Origin: Promethearchaeota archaeon
GTDB lineage: Archaea > Asgardarchaeota > Lokiarchaeia > Sigyniarchaeales > SOKP01
Reading direction: 5' to 3'
Assembly: GCA_019058245.1 (NCBI GenBank)
Contig: JAHPZJ010000019.1
Span: forward strand, 34,371 to 98,370
Length of the DNA stretch: 64,000 nt
Part shown: one piece after another, positions 20,428 to 30,718 of the stretch
Numbering within the stretch: the stretch's first letter is position 1
How the letters are laid out: every line of letters begins with the position of its first letter
Program-made: the position numbers and the translations under genes
Notes under the pieces: model-generated
Told to the model about the DNA's origin: nothing
The model's database searches: none
The model's input: only the letters and a program-made list of their open reading frames with translations

Positions 20428-21477
20428 TTATTTAATAAAATCATCCAAGGAGACTTGAACTTTAACATCATTTATTTTTCTAAGTCTATCTAATGCATTA
20501 TTAACTCTTTGTTTTGAAAAATTATGTTCTTCTATAAGTAATTCTTCCAATTTTTCAAACTCGACTTTCTTTGGTTTTGGAACCTTGTAATCTTTTTTTA
20601 CATCTGGTTGAAGAAAAATTTTTCTGATTTGAGCTATTATTTCTGAATCTATAAAGATCTCCTTTTCCCCAACTTTTATTTCGCTTTTTAATATATTTTC
20701 TATAGAATCATATTTTTTAATTAACTCTAATGCAGTTTTTTGACCAATGCCTTTAATACCTGGAAAAAAATCGGTTCCAATTAATATTCCCATATCGATC
20801 AATTGCTCCCGAGAAATTCCGAGATTACTCAAAAATTTAGCTAAAGAAACATATTCAATATCTAAAGTAACTGTTGTATCTTTTACCTTTTTACTTCGAC
20901 TTATAGCAAAATTTCGAATCAACCGTTCTCCGCCAAATAATAATGTATCATAATCTTGAGAAGCACAAGCCCAAGCATCACCATTCTCAACTAAATATGC
21001 TGATTGGGCTTCTCCTTCCGAACTAGCTTGAATAATAGGAATTCCCATATAATCTATCAATTTCTTGCTTTCCTCTATCATCCCTGTGTCAAGTTTAGAA
21101 GTTAACTGAGCATATTTTTTAGCTTCTTTAAAATCTTCAGCATCCTGGGCGGTAATCATTTTTTGTTTAGCTTCTTCTTTAATCCTTTTCCTCTCTCTTA
21201 CAGTTTCTAATTTCAGTTCGGAGGAAATTCCATCGAAGACATAAATGGGATTAATATTATTCTCTAAGAAATTAATTGATCTGTAAAAAAGACCAGAAAG
21301 ATGTGATGTAATATTTCCCTGATAATCCTTTAAAGGGGTTCCATCTCTCTGTCTTATTATTGCTAGAAATTGATAAATGGTGTTAAACGCATCGATTGCT
21401 ATTTTTTTTTTAAAGAGATTTTCAAATGTAATGACTCTTTTAACTTCATTTACCAATTCGTTTATCTTTACGCCCAT
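20428..21477 (-). CDS. fen: Flap endonuclease 1
   Basis: MGV start at 21477; IDAFNTIYQFL, TSHLSGLFYR, SEGEAQ, SQDYD, GTDF; C-terminal PIP box QVSLDDF. Confidence 0.97.
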   Translation of the reverse strand: MGVKINELVNEVKRVITFENLFKKKIAIDAFNTIYQFLAIIRQRDGTPLKDYQGNITSHLSGLFYRSINFLENNINPIYVFDGISSELKLETVRERKRIKEEAKQKMITAQDAEDFKEAKKYAQLTSKLDTGMIEESKKLIDYMGIPIIQASSEGEAQSAYLVENGDAWACASQDYDTLLFGGERLIRNFAISRSKKVKDTTVTLDIEYVSLAKFLSNLGISREQLIDMGILIGTDFFPGIKGIGQKTALELIKKYDSIENILKSEIKVGEKEIFIDSEIIAQIRKIFLQPDVKKDYKVPKPKKVEFEKLEELLIEEHNFSKQRVNNALDRLRKINDVKVQVSLDDFIK

Positions 21478-21556
21478 ATCTAATTTATTCCCTGTTTTCT
21501 TCTTCTTCAATAAATAATTATTTAACTACTTATATAATTTCCACAAATATATCATC

Positions 21557-22093
21557 CTATTTTTTTGGTCGTCTTTTTAATTTTGATCCACAAATTTCAC
21601 ATAATCGATTTAAATCTTCGACATTATGAATTTTCCCACATTGTGGGCAATAAACCTGCCAGGTTATCTTAGATTCAATCCCTTCTTTATATAAAGGTAA
21701 AAAAGGAACACTTAATTCAGAGCACACATTTTCAATAGAATAATCATTAGAAAACATGGTAACTTTTCTATTGAATTTTCGAGTTAATTCTAAAGTCAAC
21801 GCTATTAATTCTTTATCAGCTTTCGAAAGAGCCTTAAAATCTCCTGTTTTTTTTGATACAATAATTATCTTTTCTATATATTTATTTTCAGGATGTTTAA
21901 CCCTTAGCTTATTAGTTTCAATCGCAGCATTGATTTTATTTAATATATTTCTATTTTTTTCTCTATATCTATGATCTCTTATTTCATCAATTATAGAAGG
22001 TGTAGTATAAGCAATTCCTTTAAATAAACTAAAATCTATTCCAGTTAGAAAAATATTAGCGTCAAGAATATAAATATCATCTTTTTTTTTCAT
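21557..22093 (-). CDS. nob1: NOB1 endoribonuclease (PIN + Zn ribbon)
   Basis: ILDAN, TGD...LSKAD, SNDYSIENV, CPQC...CEICGS. Confidence 0.9.
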   Translation of the reverse strand: MKKKDDIYILDANIFLTGIDFSLFKGIAYTTPSIIDEIRDHRYREKNRNILNKINAAIETNKLRVKHPENKYIEKIIIVSKKTGDFKALSKADKELIALTLELTRKFNRKVTMFSNDYSIENVCSELSVPFLPLYKEGIESKITWQVYCPQCGKIHNVEDLNRLCEICGSKLKRRPKK

Positions 22094-22153
22094 ATCACTA
22101 TTCTTAGGTGATGTAATTTGGGAAAGGTTATTAAAAAATTAAATTTTGTAAAA

Positions 22154-23053
22154 TTACAATTCAGGAGAATCATCAATAGGTACTCTTCTTATTGTACTAA
22201 TAATTTTCTTTCTCAATCGAGTATAATAACTTCCTTCAAACCGAATAAATTTATTTTGAGATTTTGCTTTACATATTTTAATTTTAGTATTAGGAGCAAT
22301 TCTTTTAATGATTTGTTGACCATCTATAACAATTTTACCATCTAATCTGGGCCTCAAAATTCGAATCTCGATTTCAGATTCAAGAGGTACTATTATTGGT
22401 TTTAAACCCGATCCTGCATAACTGTTTAGTGGCGTGATTTGCATAGAATCCATAGTGGGATTTATAATCGCCCCACCTGCACTTAAATTATATGCTGTGG
22501 ATCCTGTAGGAGTAGATATAATTATTCCATCTAAATAACTACGATTTAAAAATATTCCATCAATTCTAATAGACATTTGCATAACTTTAGAGCTTTTTGA
22601 AGATACAATTAGTATTTCATTTAAAGCATTAGTTAACTTAATATCACCAGAATCCTTCACGATATAGGCTGCTATTTTTGAACATACTTCTATTGAATAT
22701 TCTCCGTTTAATACCCTAGATAAGTCTTTGAAGATTAATCTTCCAGTAGATTCATCCAAGAATCCGATAGAACCAACATTTACACCTAGAATTGGCGGAG
22801 GGTCTTGTTGAGATAAACTACTTGCCACTCTTAAAATTGAACCGTCTCCTCCAACAATTACTATGAATTTTATTTTCTCTGCCGTCATTTCTCCTAAATC
22901 CATACCATTATGAGGTAGAATCTTTGGAGCAATTCTAGTTTCAAGATATACTACTTCCCCTTTTTGAACTAAGTACTCAAATATCCTTCTCGTTAATTTA
23001 ATAGCTCTTTCTGAATCCAACCTACAAGCTAAAGCAATTGGTTTTTTCTCCAT
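22154..23053 (-). CDS. nadK: NAD(+) kinase
   Basis: VGGDGS, GFL, ALNE, DGIIISTPTGSTAYNLSAGG. Confidence 0.95.
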   Translation of the reverse strand: MEKKPIALACRLDSERAIKLTRRIFEYLVQKGEVVYLETRIAPKILPHNGMDLGEMTAEKIKFIVIVGGDGSILRVASSLSQQDPPPILGVNVGSIGFLDESTGRLIFKDLSRVLNGEYSIEVCSKIAAYIVKDSGDIKLTNALNEILIVSSKSSKVMQMSIRIDGIFLNRSYLDGIIISTPTGSTAYNLSAGGAIINPTMDSMQITPLNSYAGSGLKPIIVPLESEIEIRILRPRLDGKIVIDGQQIIKRIAPNTKIKICKAKSQNKFIRFEGSYYTRLRKKIISTIRRVPIDDSPEL

Positions 23054-23129
23054 AGCCCTTGAACATTCTTTTTAAGTACTTCAAAAAAAAAATTGGATAA
23101 TTTAATTTATGAAAAGATTTAAAACTAAA

Positions 23130-23558
23130 TTAATTACTGAAAACTCTATTTATAAGGGTTTTTCCTGCCATTTGCCAATATTCTACTTGAGTTGTTGAGA
23201 TCTTACTAGGCTCTTCTTGAAGCACCTTTAATTTTTTTTTAAGATCCTCATCCTGTGGCCAATCAACATCAAATGATTCATATGATTCCAAATCCATAAT
23301 ATTGATGGATGCATCCTCAATAAAATTAATTTGGGCATTTCCTTTTATAATTTCAGGAGTATCAACGACATGTCCCGATGGAATAGTAAGACTCCTTTTG
23401 TTGTTATCGAACATTCCAACACATACGACTCTTACTTTAGCGTGACCATGTTTCCCGCTTTTTGAACGCTCAGTACTCTTAATGATACATGGCTCTTCAT
23501 CAACCATAATGTATTGTCCTGCTTTTAACTTTTGAATCTCAGTTCTTCTTATTGAAAT
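23130..23558 (-). CDS. eif5a: Translation factor aIF5A (eIF5A); probable ATT start at 23558
   Basis: Hypusine motif SKSGKHGHAK. The conserved N-terminus SIRRTEIQKLKAGQYIMVD lies upstream of the called Met (23507), preceded by AGGTG and an in-frame stop. Confidence 0.95.
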   Translation of the reverse strand: MSIRRTEIQKLKAGQYIMVDEEPCIIKSTERSKSGKHGHAKVRVVCVGMFDNNKRSLTIPSGHVVDTPEIIKGNAQINFIEDASINIMDLESYESFDVDWPQDEDLKKKLKVLQEEPSKISTTQVEYWQMAGKTLINRVFSN

Positions 23559-24032
23559 GATTTTACACCTTTAATATGATATACTATTAATAAGCTTTAA
23601 TTTTCTATATTATTGTTTTATCATAAATTTTTCTATTGTTTATATCTATTAATAAGAAGAAGGTCTTATTATTATTAAAAGATCTTTAAAAACCTGCTAA
23701 ATAGTTCTTCTTTACGTTCAAAAAATAGGAAACTCAATGTTTAACGATGTCTATTCAGGCGGGTTTCAAAAATATTCTCTTCAATTATTAATTGCTTCAT
23801 ATCTTTAAAATTATCATTAACTTTCAGAACATTAGAAGGTCTTTTAGTTTGTTTTTAATTCTACTCAATCATTGACTTTTTTTTATAAAATAAATTTTAA
23901 CTTCTTAGAGTTAAGACTAAACTGCTTATCTTTTTTAAGATTTAAATTCACTATTGACAGAATAGTTTTTAAAAAATATTCAATTATAATTATAGATTTT
24001 TTAAAAAATATATAAAAATAGGTAAATGGTAT

Positions 24033-24938
24033 ATGGCAGATGATATTGAAATAAAAGATGAAAAGATTTTCGGAGGTTGGAGAGCACCTGAAAATCTAAT
24101 AAGAGAAGCAACTACGTCAATTCACGATGATAATGTAGCTAAAAGTGTTGGTATGCGTGGCGGAACGATACAAGGAACTTTACATTTAAGTATGTTTGCT
24201 CCATTGGCCCTAAAATTATTTGGTGAACGCTGGTTTGAGCAAGGAACTGTTAGTATGTATTACACATATGCAACAGTCGACAAGGAAGAAGTGAGAGCAA
24301 TTATTGAATTACCTCCAGGTACAAATGAAGAAATGTTGCCTATTTCAACTAAAGATGAGCAATTTAAAGCATGGGCAGAATTGAAAAATGGACAACAGAT
24401 AATGACTGGTACAATATCAATAGGCTCACCTAAGGAACCGTCATATTTACAAGCTATAGAATTAAAAAATAGTAAACCAGAGGAATTACGTATTTTAGCT
24501 GGATATAAAGTTGGGGAGGAATTACCTTCTAAAGAGATCTTACTCACACAAGAAGAAGCCAATAGTGGAGTAAAAAGAATTACAGACCAATTGGATTATT
24601 ATACAAATAAAGATAAAGCTCCTTGGAAAAGTACAATTTTTTATCCTACAGTATTGTTCGAAGTAATGGCATTGGGTTATGGGGAAACTAGTACTGAGGA
24701 ATTTAATGCAGTTCCATTCTATGGAGCAACTGAACTGAGGTATATAAATGGACCAGCATTTATTGGTGTTCCGTATATTGCTAAAGGGAAATATGTTTGT
24801 ATTGGTGTTTCTGCAAAAACAGAATACTTTTGGCTCGATTCTACATTAGAAGAAAAAGAAACAGGAAAACTAGTAGCTTCAATGCGCCACTTGAATCGTT
24901 TCATGAAAGCAGGATCACCACACTATAAAGATCAGTAG
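24033..24938 (+). CDS. MaoC-like double hotdog-fold (de)hydratase-like protein
   Basis: SIHDDNVAKSVGMRGGTIQG resembles the MaoC hydratase motif; length fits two hotdog domains. Confidence 0.6.
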   Translation: MADDIEIKDEKIFGGWRAPENLIREATTSIHDDNVAKSVGMRGGTIQGTLHLSMFAPLALKLFGERWFEQGTVSMYYTYATVDKEEVRAIIELPPGTNEEMLPISTKDEQFKAWAELKNGQQIMTGTISIGSPKEPSYLQAIELKNSKPEELRILAGYKVGEELPSKEILLTQEEANSGVKRITDQLDYYTNKDKAPWKSTIFYPTVLFEVMALGYGETSTEEFNAVPFYGATELRYINGPAFIGVPYIAKGKYVCIGVSAKTEYFWLDSTLEEKETGKLVASMRHLNRFMKAGSPHYKDQ

Positions 24939-25144
24939 TTATTCGTGAGGTTTCAAACTAATCTATTTTTTTATTCAACTTTTTGATATTTTAAGATAAA
25001 ATTCAAATTTGAGAGAGAAAAGTTAAAAAAAATTTGTGAAAAAAGTAACTTTTTGGTGTCTTTGCTTCACAGTCCAAAGAATTTAATCAAATGATGAAAG
25101 TTTTATTTAATTTCCAATTCAATTATCATAAAAGGTGAACTTTT

Positions 25145-26224
25145 TTGACGTTAAAAACTAATATTACCGAAATGTTTGGAATTAAGCACCCAATCGCAAA
25201 TGCTGCAATGGGTCCTTACAGAACAAACGAGATGGCTATAGCAGTCGCAGATGCGGGTGCTCTAGGGATGATTTCACACACAAACCAATCTATGGATGGT
25301 AGGGAAGAAACTGCATTAGCAGCAATGAAAAAAAATCTTGATTATGTTGTAGAACATACAGATGGGATTTTTGGGTTTAATATAAGGACTTCGAGATTAA
25401 CAACAGATTGTGACAAATTAATTTCAGAAACCGCAAAGCATATAATGGCGAATCCTAAATTAAAAGAACAATGTCTCTATGCCCTTACTAGTGCGGGTTC
25501 GGCAACAAGAATGGCCCAGAATCCAGATTTCAAGAAATTGAGGGAAATCTCACAGGTTAAGCACTTCCATGTTGCCCCTGCACTCTGGTTGGCAGAAAAA
25601 TGTGTGAACGCGGGATGTGACGGGCTTGTAGTAACTGGGTTTGAAGGTGGTGGACATCAATCATATGAAAAAGTTGGAGGATTAGTATTATTGCAGCAAG
25701 TACAACAAAAATACCCAGATATTCCAAAAATCGCATGTGGTGGATTTGCTACTGGTAATGGTCTTGCTGCAGCCCTAGCTATTGGGGCAGGGGGCATTTC
25801 CATGGGATCGAGATTTATTGCATCAATTGAGAGTGAATTCCATGAAAAATACAAGAATGTCGTTCCCCCTGCAAAAGCTCAAGATACTGTTGTGAGAACA
25901 GGTTCTTTGGGAACCATCAGACTCTGGAAGAACAAATTTGCAATGGCAAAAGGATTAGTAAAGAGTAAAGAAGAAAAAATGGCTGAAGAAAAAGCTAAGG
26001 AGGAACATAGAACTGAAATTTCAAAAGAAGAACTTATGGAAGAATTAAGAAAAGATACAATTGCCCAATATGCGGTTTATGAGGGTGATATGGATAATGG
26101 GTATATATTATTAGGGCAGAGTATAGGTATTGTAAACCAAATAGACAGTATTCCCGATATTATCGAAACTGTTGTTAAAGACGCAGAAAAAGCACTAAAA
26201 AAAGCTGTAACGTATGTAGAATAA
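25145..26224 (+). CDS. Nitronate monooxygenase / FabK-like FMN oxidoreductase
   Basis: IKHPIANAAMG, GFEGGGH, ACGGF, MGSRF, GQSIG; TTG start 6 nt after AGGTGA. Confidence 0.9.
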   Translation: MTLKTNITEMFGIKHPIANAAMGPYRTNEMAIAVADAGALGMISHTNQSMDGREETALAAMKKNLDYVVEHTDGIFGFNIRTSRLTTDCDKLISETAKHIMANPKLKEQCLYALTSAGSATRMAQNPDFKKLREISQVKHFHVAPALWLAEKCVNAGCDGLVVTGFEGGGHQSYEKVGGLVLLQQVQQKYPDIPKIACGGFATGNGLAAALAIGAGGISMGSRFIASIESEFHEKYKNVVPPAKAQDTVVRTGSLGTIRLWKNKFAMAKGLVKSKEEKMAEEKAKEEHRTEISKEELMEELRKDTIAQYAVYEGDMDNGYILLGQSIGIVNQIDSIPDIIETVVKDAEKALKKAVTYVE

Positions 26225-26315
26225 CTCTACTTTTTGTTATTAATCAAATCTTTTTTTTTATACATAATTTTGAATTCTATATTTTGATTGGGTTATTTCA
26301 ATAGAAATTTTAAGA

Positions 26316-26339
26316 AAATCAGAATCTGAATTTACTTTT
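26316..26339 (+). repeat. Imperfect direct repeat, copy 1 (AAATCAGAATCTGAATTTACTTTT)
   Basis: 22 of 24 positions identical to 31860-31883. Confidence 0.6.
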
Positions 26340-26681
26340 CCATCCAAATTTCACAGAAAATTGGGACAAAATTTAAAAAAGTACTAATCTTGTATCTCTT
26401 TTTATTATTTGATAATAGATCGTGGAGTATCTCTGAAGCCACACACTTCCAGCACTTTTTGAGAATCCACTAATGGCAATTACCACCGTTGACTTAAAAT
26501 CGAAAATTTTAGAAAGACTGAAAGAAAAATACGTTGAAAAATAAAAAACCCTTCACCAATAATAATATCTAACTTTTTAGTAAAATCTATGACTTAAAAA
26601 TTATTAATGAATTCTATTTATATTGTAAATTTTTATCTTATATTAGAAATTACTGTAAAAATTAAATTTGGGAAAGTATTC

Positions 26682-27122
26682 ATGAGCTTTAGAATTGAAA
26701 GTAAAGAACAATTTGTCGAATTATGGACTAATATTTACAATACCGAAGGTAAACCTGATTGGTCTCATATCCTCCCATATTATGACAATAAGATATATTT
26801 TCGCGATTCTATTCAAGAAATTCGAGGTATAAAAGAATTTAAAGCTATGACTGTACGATTAGTTAAGCGATCTAAAAATTTAAGAATGAAAATAGTCAAT
26901 ATTCTTTTTGAAGGGAATATCATTTTTTTTGAATGGGAGATGGGATTAAGTTTTAAGAAAACTCCTGATTCGAAGGTATTAGGGGCAAGTCGCCTGATAT
27001 TGAATGATAATGGAAAAATAATCTCCCAAAGGGATTATTACGATCTCTGGGGGGATATTTTCGATAATATTCCATTTTTAGGTAAAGGATATCGAAAGTT
27101 CATGAGGAAAATGTTCGGGTGA
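26682..27122 (+). CDS. SnoaL-like / NTF2-family protein
   Basis: YFRDS...IRG, EWEM, GKIISQRDYYD; ATG at 26682; GTGA overlap with the next gene. Confidence 0.85.
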   Translation: MSFRIESKEQFVELWTNIYNTEGKPDWSHILPYYDNKIYFRDSIQEIRGIKEFKAMTVRLVKRSKNLRMKIVNILFEGNIIFFEWEMGLSFKKTPDSKVLGASRLILNDNGKIISQRDYYDLWGDIFDNIPFLGKGYRKFMRKMFG

Positions 27123-28057
27123 ATCACTTGAATAAATATTTAACACAATACAGGATATCAAATATTAAGGCAATGCTTCGCAATAATAAGGCAGAGCCAT
27201 TGGAATGTCAAGATGATTTTAATGGACATTTAGTGGCTATAACTGGCGCCACATCTGGAATTGGATATGTAACTGCACGAGAATATGCTTCACACGGAGC
27301 TAATCTGTTAGTGATTAATCGAAATGAAGAAAAAACGCTTAATCTGTGTGAAGAAATTAATCGAGATTTTGGTGTAGAATGTGATTTCATGCTTGCGGAT
27401 TTTACGCACATTTCCGAGGTGAAGAAAGTTGGCGAAGAACTCGCAAATTCCGATTTGAATATTGATGTGTTCATTCATAACGCAGGTGTCTATTTAACCG
27501 AGAGAACGATCTCTGACGATAGTCTTGAGATGGTTTTTCAAGTGGATCATCTCGGTTCCTTTATTATAAATTACATTTTAAAGGATAAACTTAAAGCCCA
27601 GCAAAAATGCAGGATTATATTAGTAAATTCTGAGGGTCACCGTTTTGCTATTCTTGGTTTGAAATTAGATGATCTCAACTGGGAGAAGCGCCGCTATTCG
27701 GGACTCAAAAGCTATGGATCAGCAAAAACTGCCCAACTTCTGACAATGATCAAATTTAATGATTTCTTCCAAAATAGTGGCGTGACGATTAACGCAATGC
27801 ATCCTGGTAATGTAAAAACCACTATGGGAGAAAATAGTACTGGATTATTCCAGAGGGTTTTCATCGAACCCTCCTACAGATCGCCAATGATATCCGCTAA
27901 ATCCTTATATTATCTTGGAGTTTCGAAGGATATTGAGGGCGTGAGTGGTAAGTTTTTCAACCTCACTTACGAAGAGGAGCCCGCACCTCCTGTCTTGGAC
28001 CGAGAAGTCGCAAAAAAGATGTGGGATTTAAGTATAAAATTAGGCAGATTAGCATGA
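27119..28057 (+). CDS. Short-chain dehydrogenase/reductase (retinol dehydrogenase-like)
   Basis: TGATSGIG, HNAG, YGSAK (YxxxK), HPGNVKT. Confidence 0.93.
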   Translation: MNHLNKYLTQYRISNIKAMLRNNKAEPLECQDDFNGHLVAITGATSGIGYVTAREYASHGANLLVINRNEEKTLNLCEEINRDFGVECDFMLADFTHISEVKKVGEELANSDLNIDVFIHNAGVYLTERTISDDSLEMVFQVDHLGSFIINYILKDKLKAQQKCRIILVNSEGHRFAILGLKLDDLNWEKRRYSGLKSYGSAKTAQLLTMIKFNDFFQNSGVTINAMHPGNVKTTMGENSTGLFQRVFIEPSYRSPMISAKSLYYLGVSKDIEGVSGKFFNLTYEEEPAPPVLDREVAKKMWDLSIKLGRLA

Positions 28058-29655
28058 CGACTACAAGCCATGAAGTTATCATTGTAGGAGCAGGGATGGC
28101 AGGGTTAACCGCTGCAGCCTATTTATCAAGGGCAGGACATGATGTTCTTTTAATTGAAAAGAACGAGAATTGTGGTGGCCTACTAAATTCAATCCAAAAA
28201 GATGGTTTTGTTTTTGATACTGGTCCGAGGTCAATTGAAAACTCGGGAGCCGTGCGACCCTTGTTAAATGACCTTGGAATTTCACTTGAACTCCTTAAAA
28301 GTCCAGTTTCGATTGGAATTGAGAATGAAATTTTACACTACACGTCAAACGAAAGTATATATGAGTATCAGTCCCTATTAGAAAAGCTGTATCCCGATAA
28401 CAAAGAGGAGATTGCCGCAATTTTCTTGTTAATCGAAAAAATCTTGAAAGACATGGCCATTCTAAACGAGATTGATAATCCGATTTTCAGAGACATGAAA
28501 AACGATATAGGTTATCTTGTTAAGGAACTTCTTCCGTATCTTGGCAAGTTCCTTCTTGTTATTCGCCGGATAAATCGAAGGAAGGATCCGGTTGAAGACA
28601 CACTAAAAAAAATGACTTCAAACCAATCACTTATCAATATTATGACGCAACATTTCTTCAAGAGTACGCCTACTTTTTTTGCCCTAGGATATTTTCATAC
28701 TTACCTTGACTATTTTTATCCGAAGGGGGGTACGGGAAAAATTCCAGAAGGCGTCATGCAAAAAATCATTGACTGGGGAGGATCAATTTTATATGGTACA
28801 GAAATACACGAGATCATTCCTTCTGAAAACAAGTTAACTGATATCGATGGAAACACGTTTAACTATGAAAAACTTATTTGGTGTGCGGATTTGAAATCTT
28901 TATATCGATTTCTTAAATTCCATGATTTAGAGGAAAAAGTTTCTCACAAGATATCAATTCAAAAAGATAAATTACTATCGAATCGAGGCGGAGATTCAGT
29001 CTTTTCTTTATTCCTAGGGATAGATGAACCTCTCGACAAATTTCAATCGATTTCGAACGGTCATTTTTTTTATACTCCATTAAAAAAAGGTTTAGGCGAA
29101 TCAACTTGGACTAAATTAAGAACAATTATTAAGAATTTCGAAAAAACTCCCAAAGAAGCCATTATACATTGGTTGGACGGGTATTGTCAACTGAATACAT
29201 ATGAGATTTCCATTCCAGGGCTTAGAGATCCCACCTTAGCTCCAAAAGGAAAGACTGGATTAATTGTGAGCATTCTCTTTGAATATGATCTCATGAAAAA
29301 AGTCCAAGAGGGAGGATGGTATGAAGAATTCAAAAAAGAAGTCGAAAATCGTATTTTAGAGATTTTATCAAAATCCATATACCCTAAAATCAAGGATAAG
29401 ATTCTCTTTCGTTTCTCCTTAACACCCGTCAGCATTTCAAACAGAGTAGGAAGTTCTGAAGGAGCAATAACTGGTTGGACGTTTGAAAATCCCATCCCTG
29501 TGGTTCAAAATATTCTTAAAATGACTAAATCTGTAAAAACTCCTATTCCAAATATACTCCAAGCTGGTCAATGGGTATATAGTCCTTCTGGAATACCCAT
29601 TGCGATCCTTACAGGATTGGCAGCAGCTAAGAAGATAATGAAAAATAATAAATGA
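28054..29655 (+). CDS. Phytoene dehydrogenase/CrtI-RetSat-like FAD oxidoreductase
   Basis: VGAGMAGL, EKN..GG, FDTGP, YPKGG, DPTLAPKG, TP, GAITGW, AGQW...GIP; ATGA overlap, ATG at 28054. Confidence 0.88.
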   Translation: MTTTSHEVIIVGAGMAGLTAAAYLSRAGHDVLLIEKNENCGGLLNSIQKDGFVFDTGPRSIENSGAVRPLLNDLGISLELLKSPVSIGIENEILHYTSNESIYEYQSLLEKLYPDNKEEIAAIFLLIEKILKDMAILNEIDNPIFRDMKNDIGYLVKELLPYLGKFLLVIRRINRRKDPVEDTLKKMTSNQSLINIMTQHFFKSTPTFFALGYFHTYLDYFYPKGGTGKIPEGVMQKIIDWGGSILYGTEIHEIIPSENKLTDIDGNTFNYEKLIWCADLKSLYRFLKFHDLEEKVSHKISIQKDKLLSNRGGDSVFSLFLGIDEPLDKFQSISNGHFFYTPLKKGLGESTWTKLRTIIKNFEKTPKEAIIHWLDGYCQLNTYEISIPGLRDPTLAPKGKTGLIVSILFEYDLMKKVQEGGWYEEFKKEVENRILEILSKSIYPKIKDKILFRFSLTPVSISNRVGSSEGAITGWTFENPIPVVQNILKMTKSVKTPIPNILQAGQWVYSPSGIPIAILTGLAAAKKIMKNNK

Positions 29656-29687
29656 GGTTTTAACCCAAACTTATAGATAGAGTCTTC

Positions 29688-30692
29688 TTAGAAAATTAGC
29701 AACAATACAATTATACTGATAAGTACTAGGTAAGAAATTAAGACCATTCGATAAATAGGTTTTTTTATATCATCACCTGACATGGCTTTAAATCCTGTTC
29801 TGCTAAGGAAAGACTTTATTTGAAGATCTAAGTCCTTTTGATTTTTAACCGCATACTTTTGCAGATCCTGCTTAATAATGAAGTGCTGACTATAAGGAAA
29901 AATAATAGCGTTTACTGGCTTATTAGGATCAATAATATTACCAAGATACGTGTTTGCTTTGATTGAAACATGTTCTAAAGGTATGTTTATCGCTTCTTTC
30001 ACCATATCTATGTCAAAAATCAGGCTGAAAGGCTCTGAAAAATCACTTTTTATCTCACCACCATAATCGACATTAAGATTTCCTTCAATCCAGAGAGATT
30101 CATCCAATTCCCTTGAATCACCTTTTTCTAAGTCAACCGATACAATGAATTCTTTATTGTTGGTGCGATTCTTAATATCAACCAGTAACTTCCCAAAATA
30201 TGTGGTTGTATACAAGGCTGGATCACAAGTGTATCCACAAAATCCATTCTTTGGGTCATAGCTGTTAGTATTCGTTTCATAATCACAAATGATCCAAGAT
30301 AACAGCCCGGTTTCTTTGTTGCGAGCAATAATATAAAACTCGACTCTCATGCCTATAAATCCCGATGTTCGAGTGCTAAATACGCTTGCAATTGCCAAGG
30401 GAAACTTTGAATCGTTCTTAAAAAGTGAGGTTTCTGCTAGTTCATATCCATTGGGGAGCATCTCTTGTGCTGCTGAAGTATTTGTTATCTTAAAAGAGAT
30501 AAATAAACTATAGGGATCTACTATGAATCCCATATAAGGAACTTTTTTCTTGCCACTCTGTGCAAATTTATGTTGTGTTTTTTTAGGAAGAGATTTACTG
30601 AAACTGCTCAAAAAACTAATGGCAGTTACATCTTGAGGCTTTACAAGAGATTCTATCTTTTTTATAAAATTCCTTTTTTCTTCTTGGTTCAT
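29688..30692 (-). CDS. Hypothetical protein, acetoacetate-decarboxylase-like fold, C-terminal TM anchor (paralog 1)
   Basis: PYMGFIVDPYSLF, AQEMLPNGYEL, RVEFYIIA, GLLSWII; hydrophobic C-terminus. Confidence 0.55.
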   Translation of the reverse strand: MNQEEKRNFIKKIESLVKPQDVTAISFLSSFSKSLPKKTQHKFAQSGKKKVPYMGFIVDPYSLFISFKITNTSAAQEMLPNGYELAETSLFKNDSKFPLAIASVFSTRTSGFIGMRVEFYIIARNKETGLLSWIICDYETNTNSYDPKNGFCGYTCDPALYTTTYFGKLLVDIKNRTNNKEFIVSVDLEKGDSRELDESLWIEGNLNVDYGGEIKSDFSEPFSLIFDIDMVKEAINIPLEHVSIKANTYLGNIIDPNKPVNAIIFPYSQHFIIKQDLQKYAVKNQKDLDLQIKSFLSRTGFKAMSGDDIKKPIYRMVLISYLVLISIIVLLLIF

Positions 30693-30718
30693 TTACATAA
30701 TCCTTGTTTTTTTTTAAA

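Noticed and set aside
23600-24000. Long intergenic region with a ~20-codon minus-strand ORF and a short CTATT-N5-AATAG palindrome
   Set aside because: Too short and AT-rich to distinguish from chance.
26400-26520. Relatively GC-rich intergenic patch, considered as ncRNA, tRNA or gene remnant
   Set aside because: No cloverleaf, convincing stem or recognisable peptide in the frames I translated; it may be a decayed fragment, but this cannot be supported.
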